In this document: positions 8,371 through 15,974 of the stretch, piece by piece
Layout: the number at the start of each line of letters is the position of its first letter
How positions within the stretch are numbered: the stretch's first letter is position 1
Assembly (NCBI GenBank): GCA_963977445.1
Contig: CAXBPH010000098.1
Location: 1 to 22,381 of the forward strand
Length of the DNA: 22,381 nt
Source of the DNA: an uncultured bacterium
GTDB lineage: Bacteria > Hydrogenedentota > Hydrogenedentia > Hydrogenedentales > JAEUWI01
Direction: 5' to 3'
Made by a program: the position numbers and the translations under genes
Notes under the pieces: model-generated
Told to the model about the DNA's origin: nothing
What the model saw: the letters and a program-made list of their open reading frames with translations, nothing else
The model's database searches: none

Positions 8371-9846
8371 ATGCGACGACACACGAAGATTGTATGCACC
8401 ATCGGCCCTGCCTCCGCCAGCGCCGAAATGGTGGAAAAACTTATTGACGCGGGCATGAATGTCGCACGACTGAATTTTTCTCACGGAACGCACGAAACCC
8501 ATCTGCGCCAGTATGAAATAATTCGTGAGGTTGCTGCGAGAAAAAAAGCCAACATTGCCGTACTGATGGACCTCCAAGGCCCGAAGATCAGAACGGGCAA
8601 GCTGGAAGCCCCCCACTCCGTAGAGCTGGAGCCTGGGAATCCCTTTACGATAACTGCTGAGAAGATCGTGGGCAACGTATCCCGCGTTTCCACCACCTAT
8701 ACGAAACTCCCCTACGACCTGAAACCCGATGACCGCATTCTAATGGCCGATGGCACCCTGGAACTGCGGGTGGTCGACGTTGCGCCACCGGAAATCCACT
8801 GCGTCGTTGTCCGGGGCGGCACGCTGGGTGAGAGTAAAGGCATCAATCTTCCTGGCGTCAAAATCACGGAGCCTTCCCTTACGGAAAAAGACCGCCGCGA
8901 CCTCGAATTCGTGATTGCCCAAGGCGCGGATTATGTTGCCCTTTCCTTTGTGCGCTCACCCGAGGACATTTCTGAACTGCGCCAAATCCTTCGGGATGCC
9001 AACTCGGAGACGGGTATTGTGGCAAAAATAGAGCGTCCAGAAGCCTTGGATTGCTTCGATGAAATCGCCTCCCTCAGCGACGTGATCATGGTGGCCCGTG
9101 GCGATCTTGGCGTGGAAGTAGACTTTGAAGAAGTCCCGAGCATTCAGAAACGCCTAATCCGAACCTGCAATGAACTCGGTGTTCCTGTCATCACGGCGAC
9201 CCAGATGCTTGAGTCCATGATAGAGGAAGATCAGCCAACCCGCGCCGAAGTAACGGACGTGGCCAACGCCATCTATGACGGCACCGATGCGGTCATGCTT
9301 TCGGGCGAAACGGCCTCTGGAAAATACCCTATCGAGGCCTGCACGGTCATGCACCGCGTTGCACTCCGTACGGATATGGAGCTTCACAAGAACGTTCTTG
9401 AACGTCGACTGATTCACCTTCGTCATCAAGAGCTTCAAACCCGCCGCCAGGGCCTTGCGGGCGTGCGCATCAACTCCTACGCGGATGCTATCGGTCAGGC
9501 CGTATTCCGCATGTCCACGAGTCTGGAAATCGCTCGCATCGTATGTTTCACCACGACAGGATATACTGCTGGTGCCATTTCTCGCTATCGGCCAAAAGTC
9601 CGCATTACGGCATTTACAAACCGCGAAACCACCTGCCGGAAGTGCGCGTTGATGTGGGGCGTTTCCACCGTATTGACCAAGGATTTTGATGAAATTGAAG
9701 GGTTGGTTGCTGAAGTGGAAGAAAAATTAATTCACTATCAGGCCGCCGAAGTTGGGGATACCATATTGATTGTTGCGGGCACGCCACTTGCCGCTGGTGG
9801 TCGCACCAACCTGTTGAAACTACATACCATTGGAGATCCCGCGTAA
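8371..9846 (+). CDS. pyk: Pyruvate kinase (GPKIR, Lys117-type)
   Basis: TKIVCTIGP, RLNFSHG, DLQGPKIR, KGINLP, ALSFVR, AKIE, MVARGDLGVE, ATQMLESM, PTRAEVTDVANA, AVMLSGETASGKYP. ATG 8371 preferred over the track's TTG 8347. Confidence 0.96.
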   Translation: MRRHTKIVCTIGPASASAEMVEKLIDAGMNVARLNFSHGTHETHLRQYEIIREVAARKKANIAVLMDLQGPKIRTGKLEAPHSVELEPGNPFTITAEKIVGNVSRVSTTYTKLPYDLKPDDRILMADGTLELRVVDVAPPEIHCVVVRGGTLGESKGINLPGVKITEPSLTEKDRRDLEFVIAQGADYVALSFVRSPEDISELRQILRDANSETGIVAKIERPEALDCFDEIASLSDVIMVARGDLGVEVDFEEVPSIQKRLIRTCNELGVPVITATQMLESMIEEDQPTRAEVTDVANAIYDGTDAVMLSGETASGKYPIEACTVMHRVALRTDMELHKNVLERRLIHLRHQELQTRRQGLAGVRINSYADAIGQAVFRMSTSLEIARIVCFTTTGYTAGAISRYRPKVRITAFTNRETTCRKCALMWGVSTVLTKDFDEIEGLVAEVEEKLIHYQAAEVGDTILIVAGTPLAAGGRTNLLKLHTIGDPA

Positions 9847-9914
9847 GGAATCTCCCTGGTAAAGGGCAGTAATGACCTAATATCCTGTTGCCCATGAATT
9901 ATCATTAGTTTGTG

Positions 9915-9954
9915 AAGCAGCGAGGGAGTCCAGTGGGATTCCCCGCTGTTTTCT
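9915..9954 (+). terminator. Intrinsic-terminator-like hairpin between pyk and the bacillithiol operon (terminator or attenuator)
   Basis: AAGCAGCG-A-GGGAGTCC / loop AGTG / GGATTCCC-CGCTGTTT: about 16 bp with one bulge and two G-U pairs, running into TTTTCT. Confidence 0.6.
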
Positions 9955-9977
9955 CGCTTTCCTTCGATGGATTTGCC

Positions 9978-10748
9978 ATGAGCCTTACAGAGCTAAAAAA
10001 TACCCATTCCGAAGTGGAGGATGACTGGTTCACCCGGGCTTTCGACGCCCTCTACCCCATCATCTACGCCCACCGGACCGTTGAAGCGGCTACGGCTGAA
10101 TCTGCCTTTGCCATTGAGCAGCTACAACTCTGCCCCTCCGGCTCGGTACTGGATCTCTGCTGCGGCAACGGCCGCCATATGGTCCATCTCCTTAAGCACA
10201 CCCCCCACGTCTTCGGATTGGATTATTCCACGGCACTGCTCGGTTTTGCCCGGGAGCAATTGGGTGCGACGGGCGCACTACTTCGTGCCGATATGCGCGC
10301 CATACCCTTTGAAAATGCATTCGATGCGGTCGCCAATTTTTTTACGAGCTTTGGCTATTTTCAGACCGATGAGGAAAACCTCGCTGTTGCTGAAGGCATC
10401 GCCCGTTCCCTGAAGCCCGGCGGTCGTTTCTTCATGGATTATCTGAACCCGGAGTATGTTCGTGCTCATCTCGTGGCCGAGAGTTCCCGCCGAGCGGATA
10501 GTTACGATATCTCGGAGCACCGATGGGTCGACGATCAATCCGAACGGGTGAACAAAGTCATGAAAATTCACCGTGATGGAAAACTCGTCAGTCAAACATC
10601 GGAGTCGGTAAAACTGTATACCCCCGATGTGCTTCAATCCCTCCTCGCCGAAGCCGGACTGGTCGTGGAAAATCGATTTGGAAACTATGACGGAAGTCCA
10701 GTGGGGCCAGACAATCCCCGACAAATACTTGTTGGTGTTCGGAACTGA
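9978..10748 (+). CDS. Class I SAM-dependent methyltransferase; candidate bacillithiol N-methyltransferase (NmbA-like)
   Basis: Motif I VLDLCCGNGRH, GLDYS, RADMR, FDAV.NFFTSFGYF, LKPGGRF; N-terminal WF...F..LY..IY.HR. First gene of the bsh operon, 3 nt before bshC. ATG 9978 preferred because the track's GTG 9912 would translate through the hairpin. Methyltransferase call is firm; the substrate is inferred. Confidence 0.85.
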   Translation: MSLTELKNTHSEVEDDWFTRAFDALYPIIYAHRTVEAATAESAFAIEQLQLCPSGSVLDLCCGNGRHMVHLLKHTPHVFGLDYSTALLGFAREQLGATGALLRADMRAIPFENAFDAVANFFTSFGYFQTDEENLAVAEGIARSLKPGGRFFMDYLNPEYVRAHLVAESSRRADSYDISEHRWVDDQSERVNKVMKIHRDGKLVSQTSESVKLYTPDVLQSLLAEAGLVVENRFGNYDGSPVGPDNPRQILVGVRN

Positions 10749-10751
10749 TTC

Positions 10752-12311
10752 ATGCCATCTCTGATCGACGACTATATCGCGGGTGAATCGAAATTACTGA
10801 GGCACTATGCGGCCTCCCCAAAAGACGTATTCACCCATGCTATTCCACCACGCCCTTGGGATCCCACACTCACCGAAGAGTTGACGGCCTATCAGGCCTA
10901 TCTCGGTGCACCCAAGGCGGTAAATGGCGATGCAGGTGTCTTCATAACGGGACAGCAACCGGGCATTTTCACGGGGCCACTCTATACCATCTACAAAGCG
11001 ATCACGGCGATCCAATTGGCGGAACAAGCCACCGCGATGACGGGGAAGCCCTTCGTTCCCATCTATTGGGTCGGCGGCGATGATCACGACTTCGAGGAAA
11101 TCAGTCGGGTCCATCTTCTGAACAAACAGCACACGCCCATTTCATTAGCGCTGGACGCCGCGCCGGATCAACCTCCCCTCTCTATTTTTAGACTTCCCGT
11201 CTCCCATGACCTCCATACCTTGGTGGAACGGGCGGCCACCGAAGCACCTGGTTCGGAGTTTTCCAATGAGATTCGGGAATTCCTGCACGATACGGTAGAA
11301 GATTCCGGCAATCTTTCCGAGTGGCATGCCCGCATCATGGCGCGCCTCTTTCGCGATACGCCGCTGCTCATTTTTACCCCCGAACTCGACGCCGCCCGTC
11401 GCGTAGCCATTCCCATCTTTGAACGGGAAATACGTACGCCCCTGGAGAGCACGGCCCAGCTAAACGGTGGTGGTGCCCTATTGGAAGAATCTGGTTATGG
11501 CGCGCAGGTGGTTAAGGACGATACAAGCTGTAACTTCTTTATCGAGCATAAGCAAATGCGCTGTCGCGTCCGCTACGTAGATGGCCAGTTCGTAGTCCCC
11601 GAGACCGGTGAACGTTTTGACCAAGAGGCCATGTTGGCGTGGCTACACCGGTCGCCCGAAGCCTTCACGGCCAATGTCGCCCTGCGTTGCGTGGTCCAGC
11701 AGACCTTGTTCCCCACCCGCGCCTATATCGCGGGCCCCGGTGAACTCGCCTACTGGGGGCAGCTTAAAGGAGTCTTCGCCCATTTTGACCAATCCATGCC
11801 CGTGGTTTACCCACGCATGCGGGCCGTCCTGACGACGCTCAAGACCAACAAACTCTTAAGCAAGTATAAGCTGACACCATTCGACCTGAATGCACCCCTG
11901 AACGACCTGGAAGAAGCCGCGTTGCGATGTGGAGCACAGGACCCCAGTCTCGCCCTCTTTGACGCACGACGATCCGCTATAGGCGAGTCCTTGCGTGGTC
12001 TGGAATCCGATTTGGATGGTCTTGGCAAGAAAGGCCGCGGCGCAAGTGATCTGGCGCGACAGTTCTCCGCGCAGGTAACCCAGTCCATGGAGCACCTGGA
12101 GCGTAATCTGCTCCGGGCCGATGAGACCCGAACGGCAACCGTGCGAAATCAGATTACCCGGCTCAGCACGGAGCTGGCCCCCGAACGTAAGCCCCAGGAA
12201 CGGTACTACACACTCTTTTCCTGGCTCTTTCAGTATGGCTGGGATTTAATTCCGACCCTTCATGAACGACTCGACCTGGAAAATATGGGCGTGCAGGAGG
12301 TCGAGTTGTGA
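10752..12311 (+). CDS. bshC: Bacillithiol biosynthesis cysteine-adding enzyme BshC
   Basis: ITGQQPGIFTGPLYTIYKAITAI, PIYWVGGDDHDFEEI, NVALRCVVQQTLFP, AYIAGPGELAYWGQL, MPVVYPR, a coiled-coil-like segment, and C-terminal PQER. Confidence 0.95.
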   Translation: MPSLIDDYIAGESKLLRHYAASPKDVFTHAIPPRPWDPTLTEELTAYQAYLGAPKAVNGDAGVFITGQQPGIFTGPLYTIYKAITAIQLAEQATAMTGKPFVPIYWVGGDDHDFEEISRVHLLNKQHTPISLALDAAPDQPPLSIFRLPVSHDLHTLVERAATEAPGSEFSNEIREFLHDTVEDSGNLSEWHARIMARLFRDTPLLIFTPELDAARRVAIPIFEREIRTPLESTAQLNGGGALLEESGYGAQVVKDDTSCNFFIEHKQMRCRVRYVDGQFVVPETGERFDQEAMLAWLHRSPEAFTANVALRCVVQQTLFPTRAYIAGPGELAYWGQLKGVFAHFDQSMPVVYPRMRAVLTTLKTNKLLSKYKLTPFDLNAPLNDLEEAALRCGAQDPSLALFDARRSAIGESLRGLESDLDGLGKKGRGASDLARQFSAQVTQSMEHLERNLLRADETRTATVRNQITRLSTELAPERKPQERYYTLFSWLFQYGWDLIPTLHERLDLENMGVQEVEL

Positions 12312-13024
12312 GATTTGACGTCCTCGCTATAGGTGCCCATCCGGACGATGCCGATCTTGGCGTAGGTGGCCTCTTGTGCAAACTCGCCAAGGCGGGTAAG
12401 CGGACGGCGATTCTCGACTTGAGCGAAGGCGAGCTGGGTTCCCGTGGCACCGTTGCCGAGCGTCGTGAAGAAGCGTCCGCAAGCACAACAATTCTGGGCG
12501 TCACCACGCGATTTAACGCCCAGCTACCCGATGGTGGCATTACGAATTCCATGGAGCAGCGTCTCGCACTGGTCCGTATCCTCCGGGAGACCCGCCCGAC
12601 CATCGTGCTGGGCCCCATGGAACCCGATCGCCATCCCGATCACGAGGGTGCGCATAAACTCGTGAAAGACGCGTGCTTCTTCTCGGGTGTCCACGGCATC
12701 GACACGGGACAAGTCCCCCACCGCCCAACGACGGTGTATGGCTACTATGCCTACCAGGAAGGGGAGAAACTCCCAAGCCACGTGGTCGACATTTCAACCG
12801 TATTCGAGCGAAAGATGGATGCCCTGCGCAGCTTTCGTTCTCAATTCTATAACCCGGATTATGAGGGCGCAGCGACCCACGTTGCCTCTCAACAGTTCTG
12901 GGACAGCATCGAAACCAGGGCAGCTTATTGGGGAAATCGCATCGGGGTTCGCTATGGCGAGCCCCTCTATGGCACACTGCCCGTTGCGATGGATCTTCCG
13001 CCTGAACTGGAGGAACAATCATGA
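12308..13024 (+). CDS. bshB1: N-acetyl-alpha-D-glucosaminyl L-malate deacetylase BshB1 (PIG-L family)
   Basis: DVLAIGAHPDD, DLSEGELGSRGT..R..EA, DRHPDH, VVDIS..FE.K..AL....SQF, G.RIGV.YGE. GTGA overlap with bshC; GGAGG SD at 12296-12300. Confidence 0.93.
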   Translation: MRFDVLAIGAHPDDADLGVGGLLCKLAKAGKRTAILDLSEGELGSRGTVAERREEASASTTILGVTTRFNAQLPDGGITNSMEQRLALVRILRETRPTIVLGPMEPDRHPDHEGAHKLVKDACFFSGVHGIDTGQVPHRPTTVYGYYAYQEGEKLPSHVVDISTVFERKMDALRSFRSQFYNPDYEGAATHVASQQFWDSIETRAAYWGNRIGVRYGEPLYGTLPVAMDLPPELEEQS

Positions 13025-14178
13025 AAATTGGAATTACGTGCCACCCCTCTGCGGGGGGCAGCGGCATCATGGCTACCGAACTCGGCTTTGCCCTGGCGGA
13101 ACGGGGCCACACGGTTCATTTCGTCACCTCCGAGCCGCCCTTTCGCCACAACGCCTACCGTGAAAATATCTTTTTCCACTACGTAGACTCCGTTTCCTAT
13201 CCTCTGTTTCGCACGCCCCCCTATTCGCTTGCACTGGCCACGAAGATCTGCGAAGTCGCCGAAGAACACAATATTGAGTTGTGGCACGCCCACTATGCCA
13301 TCCCCAACGCCGCGGCGGCCATTTTCGCCAATGAGATGTTGCCCGAAGAAAAGAAATTTGGCATCATCACCACTCTCCACGGCACGGATATCACGCTGGT
13401 GGGTAGCGACCCGTCTTTCTATCGCATTACTCGCTTCGCCATGGAGCGGAGCTGTGCCGTTACAGCCGTTTCTCAGTGGCTGAACGACGAGACCATGCGT
13501 GAATTTCAGTTGGCCCGCCCCATCAAGACCATCTACAACTTTCTCGATCACAGCAAGTTTAACAACGATGCCGTAAAACGTTGTCAATTGGGGTGCGGGG
13601 ATGAAAAAATCCTCATGCACATCTCCAATTTTCGCCCGGTAAAGCGGGTTACCGATGTGGTCCGCATCTTCAAGAAAGTCCTGGATCAGATTGACGCAAC
13701 ACTCGTCATGGTCGGTGAAGGCCCAGAGCGTATGGCGGCCGTTGGCGTGGCAAAACAGCTCGGCATTTCCGACCGCATCAAGTATCTGGGCAATTACGAA
13801 AATATTGAGTCCATCATTCCATGCGCCGACCTCGTTCTCCAACCCAGTGAGCATGAGAGCTTCGGGTTGGTACCCCTGGAAGCCATGGCCTGTCGGGTCC
13901 CCGTGATTGCAACCGCCAGCGGCGGCATCACGGAAGTTATCGAGCATGGCGTCTCCGGATACCTTTGTGAGGTTGGCGACATTGAGCATATGGCCCAATG
14001 TGCCCTCGAAATACTCACCAACCCAGAACTGGCGGCCTCCATCGGTCAGCGTGGTCAGGAGCGCGCCCAGTCGGGCTTCCGTCGGGATGATATCGTCGCC
14101 CAGTATGAAGCGGTCTATGATGAGGTCCTCGCAATGCGACGGGCGGGCTACACGAACAAAATGAGCGCCTACGCATAA
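13021..14178 (+). CDS. bshA: N-acetyl-alpha-D-glucosaminyl L-malate synthase BshA (GT4)
   Basis: MKIGITCHPSAGGSGIMATELG, YPLF..PPYSLALA, HAHYAIP, TTLHGTDITLVG, HISNFRPVKR, ESFGLVPLEAMAC. ATGA overlap with bshB1; GGAGGA SD. Confidence 0.96.
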   Translation: MKIGITCHPSAGGSGIMATELGFALAERGHTVHFVTSEPPFRHNAYRENIFFHYVDSVSYPLFRTPPYSLALATKICEVAEEHNIELWHAHYAIPNAAAAIFANEMLPEEKKFGIITTLHGTDITLVGSDPSFYRITRFAMERSCAVTAVSQWLNDETMREFQLARPIKTIYNFLDHSKFNNDAVKRCQLGCGDEKILMHISNFRPVKRVTDVVRIFKKVLDQIDATLVMVGEGPERMAAVGVAKQLGISDRIKYLGNYENIESIIPCADLVLQPSEHESFGLVPLEAMACRVPVIATASGGITEVIEHGVSGYLCEVGDIEHMAQCALEILTNPELAASIGQRGQERAQSGFRRDDIVAQYEAVYDEVLAMRRAGYTNKMSAYA

Positions 14179-14221
14179 GATTACTGTGTACGAAAACTCC
14201 TCTGTAAATTCAATGTGGGGC

Positions 14222-14251
14222 TTGTCTTCCATTGTCCGTGAAGGCTAGAAT
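14222..14251 (+). promoter_or_regulatory. Putative sigma70-type promoter for the GT-C / sulfatase-like pair
   Basis: TTGTCT (14222-14227), 18-nt spacer, TAGAAT (14246-14251), in the AT-richer gap after bshA. Confidence 0.45.
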
Positions 14252-14321
14252 GCGGCGGTTGAATCACTGACGTCGGGCGTGTCCCGACCCGTCGCGGCTG
14301 GAAAGGATTCTCGTATCTCCC

Positions 14322-15968
14322 GTGGATAACCCCAGCACCGAGGAACCTTCATTTCTCCCTGGACGCTCCCACTGCTTCTTCTGGGGCGGTGTGTTTACAC
14401 TCCTGGGAATCGTACTGTTCCTTCCCCCGTTATTTTCGTATTTCAGCAGCGACGACTTCCTCCACCTGAGCACCATCATGAATGGGGCCCTGCCCTTTGC
14501 CCCCACCGGCAATGGCCTCGGATTTTACCGGCCGATCATTGGCTGGAGTCTCTGGCTGGAATACCAACTCTGGGGACTCCATCCCTTCGGCTACCACGCC
14601 AGCAATGTGCTCATGCATCTCCTGAACAGTATGCTCGTTGCAATACTCGCCGCATTACTCCTGCCAGCGGAGCGAAAGAATCCATTCGTGGCCGTGGGAG
14701 CCGGACTCATCTTTTTGACCATGGCCTGCCACGCCGAGCCCGTATCCTGGATTTCAGGCAGGACCGACCTGCTGGCCACGTTTTTTGCCTTGCTCAGTCT
14801 TTGCGCATTGGCCTATGGCATCCGCAAGCCTTCACCGAGGATGTTGTTTGCTTCCCTCGTGCCCTTTGGGCTTGCCTTGCTGTCCAAAGAGTCGACCATC
14901 GCCCTCCCCATTCTCGTCCTCGCGATTGCCGTCTACCTGAGGAGTATGGATCGCTGGCGTGTGTCCCGTAGTTGCTGGTTGACCGCGCTGGCACTCGGGG
15001 TGTTGGTACTCTGCGGCTACTTCGCGATTCGCTATTGGAACCTTGGATCCTTTGTCGGCGGCTACGGCGTTCGTGGTCATCTTCGCTTCCACCAGGATCT
15101 CCTCGCGCAGGCCATGTCCCGTTTTGCGTGGCGCGTCTACTGTCCGCCGCTGCCCCAGTGGACCGAAGGCATTCTCGAACCCCATGGCCGTCGCCTGGCG
15201 GACATCGTTACGATACTCTTTTTCCTTCACGGGCTTGCCTGGTCGTGGCTCGCCTGGAAGTCTCCGGCACGGCGTACCGGGCTGTTTCTCTATGGGGCCT
15301 TCTGGATCGCCCTGCTCCCCGTCATTAATATTCGCATCTATTGGACGAATTCCGAGAGCGAACGTTTTCTCTATCTTGCATCCTTATTCGCAGCACTCGG
15401 GGCGGCATGGGCGATAAACGCCCTTCCCAAGGCCTCTTGGCGGCTAACGGTGCTCCTGCTTCTCCTCTCCATGCAGGCTTTCTTCCTCACCCAGTCCAAT
15501 CTGCGTTGGCGCGATGCCAGTTTCATCGCACGGGACATTGTGGAAGGCATCCAACGTGTATCCGGTGATGAAGCCATCATCCTGACCAACAAGCCTGATT
15601 CCCTAGACGGCGCAATTGTATTCCGCACCGGTCTACCGGAGGCCCTTCATTTTTTCGGGCCAACACCGAAGCCCTCCCTGTCTGTTGAAGTACTCTTTGC
15701 CACAACCCTCTACCAGCGGAACAGTACCTTCACGCTTGTTGAGGAATCGGTAGACACGTCCACCTTCCAGCTCACCGCCACAGACCCGGACTCCGTCATG
15801 GTGGAGGAAGATAGCCTGGATAGCATTGTGACGGTAGACGGCAATGAACGACGTGCCACGTTTCATTTTCGGATACCATTGCGGGACCAAAAACTTCTCT
15901 ACTATACTGACGGCGAGATACGGGGCCCGTCGCGCCCACCCAACCCTATCGACCCTACGGAACGGTGA
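14322..15968 (+). CDS. Polytopic membrane protein, GT-C-fold glycosyltransferase-like (PMT/TMTC-type membrane domain, no TPRs) with a soluble C-terminal domain
   Basis: About 10-11 hydrophobic segments. Acidic SDDF after TM1, FYRPI, PFGYHASNVLMHLLN, HAEPVSWISGRTDLL, ALLSKE and ERFLYL are motifs typical of this family. GTG start is uncertain. Confidence 0.7.
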   Translation: MDNPSTEEPSFLPGRSHCFFWGGVFTLLGIVLFLPPLFSYFSSDDFLHLSTIMNGALPFAPTGNGLGFYRPIIGWSLWLEYQLWGLHPFGYHASNVLMHLLNSMLVAILAALLLPAERKNPFVAVGAGLIFLTMACHAEPVSWISGRTDLLATFFALLSLCALAYGIRKPSPRMLFASLVPFGLALLSKESTIALPILVLAIAVYLRSMDRWRVSRSCWLTALALGVLVLCGYFAIRYWNLGSFVGGYGVRGHLRFHQDLLAQAMSRFAWRVYCPPLPQWTEGILEPHGRRLADIVTILFFLHGLAWSWLAWKSPARRTGLFLYGAFWIALLPVINIRIYWTNSESERFLYLASLFAALGAAWAINALPKASWRLTVLLLLLSMQAFFLTQSNLRWRDASFIARDIVEGIQRVSGDEAIILTNKPDSLDGAIVFRTGLPEALHFFGPTPKPSLSVEVLFATTLYQRNSTFTLVEESVDTSTFQLTATDPDSVMVEEDSLDSIVTVDGNERRATFHFRIPLRDQKLLYYTDGEIRGPSRPPNPIDPTER

Positions 15969-15974
15969 CATCCA

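Noticed and set aside
9832..9880. Fluoride (crcB) riboswitch-like look: GGAGAT...CCCTGGTAAAGGGCAGTAATGACCT
   Set aside because: It lacks the conserved 5' GAUG and a convincing pseudoknot, overlaps the pyk coding end, and the downstream genes are not fluoride-related.
9912..9977. Track's longer N-terminus for the methyltransferase (GTG 9912)
   Set aside because: It would translate through the terminator-like hairpin and adds a non-family peptide; ATG 9978 is more plausible.
12308..14178. Mycothiol (mshA/mshB) or generic LPS glycosyltransferase interpretation
   Set aside because: BshA-specific motifs (GGSG, HYAIP, TTLHGTD, SNFRPVKR) and the coupled BshC indicate bacillithiol.
12967..14232. 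421-aa minus-strand ORF
   Set aside because: Antisense shadow of bshA with no recognisable motifs; long shadow ORFs are common at this GC content.
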